From Eledone cirrhosa (taxonomy: Eukaryota): 64,000 bases of DNA. Below are positions 53,051 to 63,989 of this stretch, piece after piece; the stretch's first letter is position 1, and the number at the start of each line of letters is the position of its first letter. The notes below the pieces were generated by a model, which worked only from the letters and a program-made list of their open reading frames with translations, was not told where the DNA came from and searched no databases. The position numbers and the translations under genes were made by a program. The stretch is from contig OZ024755.1 in NCBI GenBank assembly GCA_964016885.1, positions 18,848,001-18,912,000 on the forward strand, given 5' to 3'.

Positions 53051-53370
53051 TTGCTGGCCACTCAGGAAAGTACTGTCTCTCTAAGGTCCATGTTAAGACT
53101 TGGCAGCCAACCTTCTAACAATAGCAATTAAATTCCTTCAAAACATACTCTCTACCATCTTAGAAAAAGGAGGTTAGATAATGTGAGCCTTGGTTCCTTG
53201 CTTATAGGAAAAGAATTATGGCATTGTCATGGAAGGAATGACTTGGATCATAGGTTTACTCAATCAGAGATGACCTGGAGCTATACAGCAATGCAAGAAT
53301 ACTCAGAAAATATTTTCCCATACACACAAAAACAACCTTTTTATAAAAATATTCTAAATGAAATTATTAT

Positions 53371-53847
53371 ATTGGCAGTATCGGTAGAGAGTCGGACGCC
53401 ATGCTTTCCAGCATAGTTACGTCCCTTTACGATCTGAGTTCAAATCCCGCCGAGGTTGACTTTGCCTTTCATCCTTACGGGGTCGATAAAATAAAGTACC
53501 AGTAATGCACTGGGATAATTGCTGGCCTTGTGCCAAAAGTAGAAACAATTATTTATGTAAGAAATAAAAATTTATTCAAGAAATAAAAATTTATTCAAGA
53601 AATAAAATTATAACAAAATCCAATATTATTATTATTTTTAGGGTGATGGATTGGCAAAAGGGCGGTGGATTGGCAGTATCGGTAGAGGGTCAGACATGCT
53701 TTCCAGCGTAGTTACGTCCCTTTACAGTCTGAGTTCAAATCCCGCCGAGGTTAACTTTGCCTTTCATCCTTATGGGGTCGATAAAATAAAGTACCAGTAA
53801 TGCACTGGGTAATTGCTGGCCTTGTGCCTAAAGTAGTAACAATTATT
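53371..53847 (+). mobile_element. Composite SINE A - linker - SINE A
   Basis: Two SINE A units joined by an AT-rich linker that recurs, inverted, at 63329-63456. Confidence 0.85.
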
Positions 53848-54308
53848 TTTTTAAATAAATAAAAGAGTTAAACAAGAACAAAAAATATTAAAATACTAAA
53901 ATAAAAAAAGAAATTGTGAAAGGATTTTTTTTGTCTTCTGCCCCCAATAATTGCTTCCCTTTGTTAATGATATAAAGAGGTTAGTAGTGAGAGCATGGCT
54001 TATTATCAGAAAGTGAGACATGATGATGATGATGATGATGATGATAAATAAATAGCAATCTGCCAACTGAACAAACCCTTAAATGTTGAACTATCATTTT
54101 CAGTTTGTTATAATTGTCAGCAAGTTTTGTTTTGTTTTCTTTTTCTATATTTTACCACCCTCCTGTATGTATATGTGTGTGTATATATATATATCATCAT
54201 CATCATCATCATTTTACGTCCGCTTTATATATATATATATATATATATATATCTTTAGATATAAATACATACATATATACGTGTGTGTGTATGTATACAT
54301 ACATACAA

Positions 54309-54358
<50 letters not shown>

Positions 54359-54515
54359 ATGTATGTATGTATGTATGTATGTATGTTATCTCTTTCTCTT
54401 AATTTCGAGTATATTTTTTTTGACCGGCCACCTTCCTGGTGGCAAGGTTGTAAAAGAAAAGAAATTGTCATCCCTTGAATCGCAAGAATGTTTTGCAAAT
54501 TTTGAAGGTGCCAGC

Positions 54516-54547
<32 letters not shown>

Positions 54548-54578
54548 TGTATGTATGTATGTATGTATGCATGCATGC

Positions 54579-54627
<49 letters not shown>

Positions 54628-54825
54628 GATATATATATATATATATATATACTTAAATTCTATTTATTTTTTGTGACCATTTTCTGCTGTGTCTATTTGC
54701 AGCTGCTATTATATTGCTTGTTGCTATTAAAGTATCATGTTTAATATCAGGAATAGAGAATAGTTGGTTTTGTTTCTAGCACAAAAAGACTGAAAATACA
54801 CATTGAAAAATATTTATGAAGAACT

Positions 54826-54831
54826 TACTAT

Positions 54832-54864
<33 letters not shown>

Positions 54865-55120
54865 CAACAACAACACTACCACTAACACTACCATATCACC
54901 ATCACCATCATGATCAACACAACAACCACCACCAACAACAAAGCTACCTCCACCACCACAAATAATAATTCCTCCCCCACCTCCCTCTACCACCACCAAC
55001 AACAACACTACCAGCACAACCAATAAATCTACCCCCACCACCACCATTAACACTGCCACCACCATACTACCACCACCACAACTACGAACACGAACACCAA
55101 CACCACGACCACCACCACTA
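54826..55120. repeat. (TAC)n/(CAC)n low-complexity repeat
   Basis: Seen directly. Confidence 0.85.
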
Positions 55121-55416
55121 ATAAAACCATTCAGTATTATTCTTAGATAGTTTCCCTTATGGCACTAATGATGTTGGAAGGGTGAGAGAGCGCAGTATTA
55201 ACACCATAATTTTTACTGTCCTATATAAATCAGATTTATGTGGCGTGGGAAATATGAAACAAATTTTATGTTTAGCACTCATTGTCCATTAAAGCAGCAA
55301 ATTTTACAGAATCATTACAGAGTCAAACTAAATGTCTTGCAGGATTTGTTCCAGCTATCTGCACTTTTCAGTTCTTTATATGTAAGATATGATATAATAT
55401 ATATATATATATATTA

Positions 55417-56120
55417 GCATAAATGAACTAAGTGAGAAATTAGGAATAAGAGGGATCAGATGCTATTTACTTGAGAGAAGACTACGTTGGTATGGCCACG
55501 TGATGCGCATGTAAGACGACAGCTGTATAAAAAAGTGCAGAGCGATCAAAATTGATGGTAGTTACAGAGTAGGTAGACCCAGAAAAACCTGGGACGATCT
55601 GATAAATTCCGACCTTACACACTTGCACCTCTCTAAGACAATGTCACTGGACCGAGATCTTTGACGCTATGCAGTAATACAGAAGTCCCGCCTTGCCTAT
55701 GTACAAAGAAAAACCTACAGTCAGTAGGCACCTCTTAACCAAATATACACCCCAATCCACTACCCCTACCCTATCCTCCCACTCCCACCAACACCACCCC
55801 CTCTCTATAAAGTTGGTACCACAACATCCAGTTCAAATAAATGAGATAAATGAGATCGAGATCGAGATCGTGTAGGTGTCACGAGAAAAAACACACAGTC
55901 CACACTGTAATGTGGCCATGTAGGTAACATGGAAAAAAGTTCCCAGTTCCACACTGTAAATGTGGTTGGTGTTAGGAAGGGCATCCAGCCGTAGAAAACC
56001 TGCCAAATAGTCCTATATGAGCAAGACACGGTCACCCGACCAACCTTGCCTCAAGTGGGACAACTCCCGTCTAACCCATGCTAGCGTGGAAAGTGGACGT
56101 TAAACGAGGATGATGATGAT
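55417..56120 (+). mobile_element. RTE LINE (family C-related) 3' fragment with stop codons
   Basis: GIRGIRCYLLERRLRWYGHVMRM*...GRPRKTWDDLINSDL..., then 3' UTR and (gat)n tail. Confidence 0.88.
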
Positions 56121-56151
56121 ATATATATTTAGATTTATATGATATATATAT

Positions 56152-56394
56152 CAGAGGAGACTGAGGTTAGCTGGACATGCTCACCGACATCCAGAGTTGA
56201 CATTGCACTCAGTGCTCCTGTGGGAGCCCCTACATGGACACACTGGAAGAGGAAGACTGAGGTTAACGCATGTTGATGCCCTAAGGACAGACACTGGTCT
56301 GTTGGAGAAGACGCAGGACATGGCAGCGATAATGAGGGACAGGGACCGCTGGAGAGAACTCATCCATGGATCTCGGGAATTTTACCCGCCATAG
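56152..56394 (+). mobile_element. RTE LINE 3' coding fragment (different family)
   Basis: RRLRLAGHAHRH...VLLWEPLHGHTGRGR...DALRTDTGL...MRDRDRWR. Confidence 0.8.
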
Positions 56395-56400
56395 AATATA

Positions 56401-56645
56401 TATATTATAAAGTGTCGGGACCTGACTTTTTATAATATAGCCGTACTCTACTACCCCAAGTATTGAGTACTCTGTTTAGTAATGGTCTAACCAGTTTCAA
56501 ACTGGTTCTATCCTGATGTATACATTATACTCTTGATGGTGTTCTTCACTTTCTAAACCATTAAAGCACACTTTTAGTATAATATACTTGTCTTCTGGTG
56601 AAGTAAACCTGGTTACTTTAGTACTTCTGTAAATTGAATTATTTA
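56401..56645 (+). mobile_element. PLE-like terminal fragment (short inversion + hairpin tail)
   Basis: tatattataaa...tttataatata inversion enclosing tgtcgggacctgac (cf. 61426-61440); actc-tactaccccaagtatt-gagtact hairpin. Confidence 0.65.
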
Positions 56646-56649
56646 TATA

Positions 56650-57747
56650 TCATCATCATCATCATCAACGTTTAACGTCCGTGTTCCACGCTTGCATGGG
56701 TTTGGACGGGGGTAGTCCCACTTGAGGCAAGAGTGATTGTCTTGCTCGCATAGGACTGTCTGGCAGGTTTTCTACAGTTGGATGCCCTTCCTAACACCAA
56801 CCACATTTACAGTGTGGGTCTGGGAGGTTTTTACCGTGTTGCCTACACGGCCACATTACAGCGTGGACTGTGTGTTTTTTTGTCGTGACACCTACACGAT
56901 CTCATTTGTTTCGGCCTGGATGGCGCGGCACCAACATAACTTTACATAGGACGGGGTGGTGTGGATGGGTGGGGGTGGTGGCGGGACGGGGTGTATTTTG
57001 TTAGAGATGCCTACTGGCAAGGCGGGTCTTCTCTGTTACTGAGTACCGCCAAAGGTCTCGGTCCAGTGACATTGTCTTGGAGAGGTGTAAGTGTGTGAGG
57101 TCGGAGTTTATCAGCTCGTCCCAGGTTTTTCTAGGTCTGCCTATTCCGTGGCTGCCGTCTATCTTTATTGCCCTGCACTTTGTTATACAGCTATCGACTT
57201 TCATGCGCATCACGTGTCCATACCAACGTAGCCTTCTCTCGAGTAAACAACATCTGATCCCTCTTATCTCTAATTTTTTCCTTAGTTCGTTTATGCTTTG
57301 CCGTTCACGTATATTACTGTTACACATCCAGCGGAGCATGCAAGCTTCGTTCCTCTCTAGTCTGCGTATATCCTCTGCACACAATGCCCAGGTCTCACTG
57401 CCATGCAACATTGCTGTTCGTATGCAGGCATCGTACAACCTGCCTTTCATTTTTAGGGAGAACCCTTTAGCAGCTAATAGTGGTATAAGCTCTCTGAACT
57501 TTTTCCAACCAGTTCTGACTCTAGCTACAGTACTTTCAGAGCACCCTCCCCCACTGCTGATTTTATCGCCCAGGTAACGGAAGCTGTCCACTATTTCTAT
57601 AGAACCCTCTGCGCAATTGAAAGAGCTAGTATTTTGTGGGCACTTGCTGCTACTTATTGCACCAGAACACCGGCCACATGTAAAATCTATGTTCTTAGTT
57701 AGCTTACCTGTGATCCCACTACATCTTTTATGCACCCATACTTTGCA
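56650..57747 (-). mobile_element. RTE-clade LINE (family C), 5'-truncated, young
   Basis: Uninterrupted ORF remnant plus ~350-bp 3' UTR and (gat)n tail. Confidence 0.93.
57001..57747 (-). pseudogene. C-terminal ~245 aa of an RTE ORF2 (PHD-like finger + RT thumb/C-terminal region)
   Basis: CKVWVHKRC..CGRC, VDSFRYLGD, ARVRTGWKKFREL, KGRLYDACIRTAMLHGSETW, RRLRWYGHVMR, GRPRKTW; no start codon, cut at (TA)n. Confidence 0.9.
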
Positions 57748-57770
57748 TATATATATATATATATATATAT

Positions 57771-57870
57771 AAATATCCAGGGAGTAGGTTCACCCAGGTG
57801 AGCACTCGATGTTTAGATTCACATCTGTAGTGAGATGTAGAGCTAAACAGAGTGTCAATATAATAATACA
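57771..57870 (-). mobile_element. PLE-like hairpin tail (extended stem) next to (TA)n
   Basis: Minus strand reads actc-tgtttag..acatct..agatgt..ctaaaca-tc-gagtgct (57801-57853). Confidence 0.5.
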
Positions 57871-59354
57871 AGGATGGTTTATTATGCCTTCATTATGTTT
57901 ACTAATTGGTTACGTGCATTTTGCTATTTCCCTCAACAAATTTGCCACATAGTACAAAGTACAATAAAATGAATATAACTTTTTATACTAACCTACCTGA
58001 AACCTTTTCAAGCTCTAAGATAAAGATTGTCTCATTTTAATCCTTCCATTGTAAATTATATGTAAGAATCCTTTAAGTTATAGATTCTAAATACCAGTTT
58101 AATAATAGTTTACTAAATATTTGTGAATTCTTGACTATTTTTACAGTGCACTTCATAAGATATAAGCTCTTTCTCTTTTGAGAGGAACTTTCCAGGAGTA
58201 GGTTTGTGAAGTCACAAGACATATGGACACTTCTGGATTGTCATGAAAGGGTTAATCCTGTCATAACAAAGATATCTTACCATATTACATCAATATACTT
58301 AATAGTGAACTGAAAGGAACATCTGGATTCTATTTTGAAGCCATCTTTTTAAATTTTGAACATTTCTTCAAGTTTCTAACTGCTCCCAACAATAAGTAAA
58401 TATAAACTTTAATAAATAATGTTTTTTTTCGGCTTCAAAATCCTTCAGTCTTTTAGAAAACCACAAATTGTACAGGATTTTTAATGCTTGTGCCTATTTA
58501 TTTAGCAAATGTAGATATTGCATATTTGAATATCAGTTGTAGGGTTTTCTCTCAATGAGCAAAACCTTATCTCTTTTCGGATCATGTCATAGCAGATAAG
58601 ACAAATCAACTGAAAATTAGATTTGTTTCACTTCAGTTCTACCTACATCTGGCACAATCTACATTAATGAACACTAATATTAGTGTAGTGTCAATGGTGT
58701 CTATATATATGTGTGTGTGTGTGATGTAAAAAAGGGAGGAAGTTGTTTAATAAAATGTCATGATTTCCTTAGGATTTATCACGGTAATAAACCCCTTCCA
58801 GTATCTAAAGTAAAACAGTAATATAGTATGGTATATCATTTATCATCTAGTTAACAGCAGTCCCTAACAATTCTGCTGATGAAGTAAGTGTCAACAAGAT
58901 TTTCTCAGAAAAGATATACAACAAATTATCTGAAGCATTAGAGTGTCAGACAAAACACATTTAGGCAATTATTCCAGCTCCTTGCATCTTAAGTTCAAAT
59001 CCTACCAAGGTCAAATTTACTTCTATCTTTTAAGGGTAAAACAACTGCAGTACAAGTAAAAAGTGATGGGGTTGTGGACTGGTGGACTTGTTAGAGCAAT
59101 GGACAGGATTCTTTGTGGTATTTTGTCAGGGTCCTTGTGTTCTAAGATCAAATATGAATGAAGTAGATTGAGAAAGAGTTGGGGGAGGGTTAGAACAAAA
59201 GCCACAGAAATATTTCTGCTAGAATTCATGGCATGTAAATAATAGTAGTTACACAGTATTGTTTATAGACATGACACAATACCAAGGACAGGATACGAGT
59301 CACTGACTCTCTTGGTTCAGTAACTTATCAATTTGATCATCCAGGCTCTCATAA

Positions 59355-59556
59355 TAATGGTTTCTTATATAGGCACAAGGCCATCAATTTTGGGGTAGGG
59401 GAAAGTCGATTAAATTGACCCCAGTGCGTGACTGGTACTTTATTTTATCGACCCCGTAAGGATGAAAGGCAAAGTTAACCTCGGCGAGATTTGAACTCAG
59501 AACATAACTCTATGTTGCAAAGCATGGTGTCCGACTCTCTACTGATACAGCCAATT
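59355..59556 (-). mobile_element. Family A SINE (long variant)
   Basis: Consensus match. Confidence 0.85.
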
Positions 59557-59974
59557 AGCATTATGGTTGCCAAAACAAACATATTGTTATAATATTCCAT
59601 CTTTGTAGGCTACACAAATATACTGATATGAATAATCTACTGATATATAATAGACTTGTGTATTTGTCTGTCACACACTAGAGATGACTGAGGAAGGAAG
59701 GTGTATGTTTGTGTGTTTGTATCACTTGTGTGAGTGAGCGTGAAGGAACCAACCAACCAACCAACAAACATTTCTTTTTTATATTATGTATAGATATTAC
59801 AATTAGCCGTCAATTTTGATGGAAACGGGGGAGGGGGGGGGGGGCAGCTAATATCTTGTATATTTATGACTTGTCTGTAATGAAGCATTATATAAGATAG
59901 CAAAATTGTTTCTGTGGCTATGAATAGAAGAAGAATATAAGTTTAAAAATAAAGATAATCAACAAAAAACTAAG

Positions 59975-60470
59975 GAGTGTGAAGAAGTGAGAAGAAAGAT
60001 ATAACATAAGAAGGAAACCTTGATAGAGAATGAAGGGGGACGGAGGAAGGGAAGGATAGAGATACATAAATAAGAGAATAGGAAAAGGAAGAGGAGTGTG
60101 TATGAAAGAGAGGAGGTGGGTGTGAAGATAGAAATAGGCAGGGTGAAGGTAAGAGTATAGAGAGAGAAGGGGAGGAGTTGGTTAAATAGGGAGAGGTGGA
60201 GGTGGTAAAATAGAGAGAGGAGGGATGGAGGTGCTAAACTAAAGAGAGGAGGGGTTGGAGGTGGTAAAATAGAGAGAAGAGAGAGGAGGGGTTGGAGGTG
60301 GTAAAATAGAGAGAAGAGAGAGAGAGGGTGGTCAAATAAAGAGGTGGAGGTAGTAAAACAGAGAGAGGGGTAGATGTAGTGAAGAGGAAGCAAAATAGGG
60401 AAAAAGAGAGAATATGTAGAAAAGGAATGAATATGAGAGCAAGAAGAAAGAAAAGATAGGGGACAGATAG
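59975..60470. repeat. GA-rich low-complexity region with degenerate repeats
   Basis: ggaggtggtaaaatagagagaagagag units. Confidence 0.75.
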
Positions 60471-60830
60471 AGGTTGGTATATCCGAAAAAGACCGATATG
60501 GATGAAAAGGATTCAGAACGAGTTTGGAGGGAAGAAAATAAAATAAAAAAAAAATTAAATAAAAAATAAATAAAATAAAATAAAATAAATGTTTCTGTTG
60601 AAAGTTTAAAGCAAGTAAATGATAGTAATTAAAGCTTCCTCATGTAACTCGTTATGAAATACAGCTGGCTTGAAGTTTATTTTAAGTATCAGTAAAACTA
60701 TTTATAAGGTTTTCTATGGGATACACAAGTTGATGATGTATGGATTCTCTAACATAAGAAGAAAAAAGAGTTAACCACTTCTATGTATATATATATATAT
60801 AGTTATGTAATAAACAACATAAGGCAATTA

Positions 60831-60891
60831 TTCCATTTACCAGTGGTTTCTTAAAAGCAAAAAAATTTTGCTTTCAATCATCAGAATGAAA
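60831..60891 (-). ncRNA. Type I hammerhead ribozyme motif (inverted arm)
   Basis: Reverse complement of 60955-61015, core intact. Confidence 0.75.
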
Positions 60892-60954
60892 AAATCTTGG
60901 TGTTTTATTGACGTTGGATTTTAAAATCCAACGTCAATAAAAACACCAAGATAT

Positions 60955-61015
60955 TTTCATTCTGATGATTGAAAGCAAAATTTGTTTGCTTTTAAGAAAC
61001 CACTGGTAAATGGAA
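60955..61015 (+). ncRNA. Minimal type I hammerhead ribozyme motif
   Basis: Stem I TTTCATT/AATGGAA, CTGATGA, 11-bp stem II TTGAAAGCAAA/TTTGCTTTTAA, GAAA, stem III ACCA-c-TGGT, GUA triplet. Confidence 0.8.
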
Positions 61016-61126
61016 TAATTGCCTTATGTTGTTTATTACATAACTATTAAGCTCTGTTACCTACATAGAGCACTCTTTTTTCCTGGACTTTTCCGATGGA
61101 ATTACTTCATTCATATATATATATAT

Positions 61127-61343
61127 AGAAGTTTTACACAACAGTTAGTTCACCATACCGAGAACAATTGTTTCACCTTAGCGGATCCTCAGCTCGGAAT
61201 GGGCATCAAGACAAGATTGGTGCGCTTTCATCAGATAATTTATTTAATATCATGGAATATTTACTCCAGTAAACTGTTGAGTGCTCTAAATCAGTTATAA
61301 ACATTTATATTTGTCGGATTTCCAACAAATTAAATACAACTAC
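61127..61343 (+). mobile_element. (TA)n-flanked PLE-like element with an antisense hammerhead and hairpin tail
   Basis: Tail tactccagtaaactgttgagtgctctaaatcagttataaac...ccaacaaattaaata is homologous to 30081-30157. Confidence 0.7.
61153..61202 (-). ncRNA. Minimal type I hammerhead ribozyme motif (weak stem II)
   Basis: Minus strand: CCATtCCGAG / CTGAGGA / tCCgctaaGGt / GAAA / CAATTG / TT / CTCGGtATGG. Confidence 0.65.
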
Positions 61344-61361
61344 ATATATATATATATATAT

Positions 61362-61507
61362 ATATGAAAAGAGTCAGCTAGATCCGAATGTTTGGATCTA
61401 GCTGTCGAAACAGCCAGAGCTCAGCTGTCGGGGTCCTGACTCTTTTCATATTACCCACTCTACTACCCTTAGTATTGAGTACTCTGGGGTGGTTTTGAGT
61501 ACTCTGG
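61362..61507 (+). mobile_element. PLE-like terminal fragment with the 3' part of a hammerhead
   Basis: tatgaaaagagtcag/ctgactcttttcata inverted ends; hairpin cagctagatcc..ggatctagctg, then GAAA-CAGC..GCTG-TC; tail actc-tactacccttagtatt-gagtact. Confidence 0.65.
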
Positions 61508-61665
61508 CATGGTTTCTCTGGTTGGATGCCCTTCCTAATGTCAACCACTAACTATGTGGATTGGGCGCATTTTATCATGTTATTATCACAAGGTCCTGGG
61601 TTCTAAATAGTTATTTCTCCAAAATTACTCATACATTTAACTCTGTATGTTATTTGTATATATAT

Positions 61666-62011
61666 GGAGGCACATGGCTTAGTGGTTAGAGCATTGGCCT
61701 TGCAATCGAAAGGTTGTGAGTTCAATTCTCAGACTGGGCGATGTGTTGTTTCCTTGAGCAAGACACTTTATTTCACATTGCTCCAGTTTACTCAGCTGTA
61801 GAAATGAGATGATAGGGACTGGAGTGCCTATCATTCCACTGCAAAGTGGTCGTGGAGGTGCCACGGCAAAAAAAATCACCCAGCACTCACTGTAAATGAG
61901 GTTGGTGTTAGGAAGGGCATCCAGCTGTAGAAATCAAGCCAGAATCAGTTCCCGTCCCACCCTTGCAAGCAGGGAAAAAGCGGACGTAAAATGAAATGAT
62001 GATGATGATGA
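61666..62011 (+). mobile_element. CORE-like tRNA-derived SINE (family B), full length
   Basis: A box tggcttagtgg, B box gagttcaattc, CORE-like ccttgagcaagacactttat...cagtttactcagctgtagaaatgag, RTE-like tail with (gat)n. Confidence 0.93.
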
Positions 62012-62237
62012 TATCATCATCGTTTAATGTCTATCTTCCACGCTAGCATGGGTATATATAGATATATATACTGAACATTTTTGTAATTATACATACTAGA
62101 GATAAATTATTAAAAAATCATTCTTATCTTTAATCACTTCCATGTGTCAGTAATGAACATAAACAATAAGGTTATGGTTTCTTTTATGCAAACCATTAAT
62201 TTATCAAAACATAAATTTTCCAGGTTGCATGATTGTT

Positions 62238-63000
62238 CATCATCATCATCATCAACGTTTAACGTCCGTGTTCCACGCTTGCATGGGTTTGGACGGGGGT
62301 TTTCCCACTTGAGGCAAGAGTGATTGTCTTGCTCGCATAGGACTATCTGTCGGGTTTTCTACAGCTGGATGCCCTTCCTAACACCAACCACATTTACAGT
62401 GTGGGGCTGGGAGGTTTTTACCGTGTTGCCTACACGGCCACATTACAGCGTGGACTGTCTGGCAGGTTTTCTACAGCTGGATGCCCTTCCTAACACCAAC
62501 CACATTTACAGTGTGGGGCTGGGAGGTTTTTACCGTGTTGCCTACACGGCCACATTACAGCGTGGACTGTCTGGCAGGTTTTCTACAGCTGGATGCCCTT
62601 CCTAACACCAACCACACTTACAGTGTGGGGCTGGGAGGTTTTTACCGCGTTGCCTACACGGCCACATTACAGCGTGGACTGTCTGGCAGGTTTTCTACAG
62701 CTGGATGCCCTTCCTAACACCAACCACATTTACAGTGTGGGGCTGGGAGGTTTTTACCGTGTTGCCTACACGGCCACATTACAGCGTGGACTGTGTCTAC
62801 ACGATCTCATTTGTTTCGGCCTGGATGTTGTGGCACCAACATAACTTTACATTGAAGGGGCGGTGTGGATGGGGTGGGGGGTGGGGTGTATTTTGTTAGA
62901 GATGTCTACTGGCTGTAGTAGGTTTTACTTTGTATTTATTTAGGTAAGGCGGGTCTTCTCTATTACTGAGTACCACCAAAGGTCTCGGTCCAGTGACATA
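62238..63000 (-). mobile_element. RTE LINE (family C) 3' end with four 112-bp tandem units
   Basis: Matches 56650-57070; 112-bp period (ORF starts at 62481, 62593, 62705). Confidence 0.9.
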
Positions 63001-63142
63001 TATCTGGTAATCCTGGTGTATGTGGCATATCAAACATAGACAACACTATTGCTTTCAATTTTGATGGCAGGAGTTCACTAACCCTTATATAAAACTAACT
63101 GGTTACTAACTGTAAAAGAGTCACGGCTCGTCACTTTAAGAT

Positions 63143-63647
63143 AATTTGTTTCTACTTTTGGCACAAGGCCAGCAATTACCCAGTGTATTACTGGTACTTT
63201 ATTTTATCGACCCCGTAAGGATGAAAGGCAAAGTTAACCTCGGCGGGATTTGAACTCAGACTGTAAAGGGACGTAACTACGCTGGAAAGCATGTCTGACC
63301 CTCTACCAAAACTGCCAATTCACTGCCCTTTTGCCAATCCATCACCCTAAAAATAATAATAATATTGGATTTTGTTATAATTTTATTTCTTGAATAAATT
63401 TTTATTTCTTGAATAAATTTTTATTTCTTACATAAATTTTTATTTCTTACATAAATAATTGTTTCTACTTTTGGCACAAGGCCAGCAATTATCCCAGTGC
63501 ATTACTGGTACTTTATTTTATCGACCCCGTAAGGATGAAAGGCAAAGTTAACCTCAGCGGGATTTGAACTCAGAATGGCAAGGGCCGTAACTCTATGCCT
63601 CAAAGCATGGCGTCCGACCCTCTACCGATACTTTCAATCCACCGCCC
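63143..63647 (-). mobile_element. Composite SINE A - linker - SINE A flanked by a single 16-bp TSD
   Basis: gtcacttt(a/g)agataat at 63130-63145 and 63650-63665. Confidence 0.88.
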
Positions 63648-63842
63648 TAGTCACTTTGAGATAATGTTAGTTTTGTGAGTAACGAGGTAAGGGTTTATAT
63701 ACTTTAGTATATTCTGGGTAAAGTTACTTAACTATTTATGATCCAAATACATCAAACCACAGCTAAGTACTATAAGGAGGTATATTTTATTATTGTAGGG
63801 TGTTTTTTAGCATCATCTTAGGATTCTTTTAGCAGATTTATA

Positions 63843-63891
63843 TGTGTTTGTGTGTTTGTGTGTGTTTGTGTGTTTGTGTGTTTGTGTGTTT

Positions 63892-63934
<43 letters not shown>

Positions 63935-63956
63935 TGTGTGTGTTTGTGTGTGCGTT

Positions 63957-63989
<33 letters not shown>

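Larger units (their letters stand above)
60799..61112 (+). mobile_element. Palindromic PLE-like element: ~124-bp arms, no loop, hairpin tail, (TA)n-flanked
   Basis: Centre ggatttt|aaaatcc at 60922/60923; right arm ends 61047; tail gctc-tgttacctacata-gagcact. Confidence 0.85.

Noticed and set aside
57077-57577. 166-aa plus-strand ORF
   Set aside because: Antisense shadow of the RTE ORF2 fragment.
58876-58925. CTGATGA...GAAA string
   Set aside because: Stems I-III cannot be formed. The same applies to CTGANGA hits at ~686, ~6289 (minus), ~39518 and ~52850 (minus).
61666-61745. tRNA gene (anticodon-like loop cttgcaa)
   Set aside because: It is the head of a multi-copy SINE; the acceptor stem is incomplete and runs into the CORE-like body.
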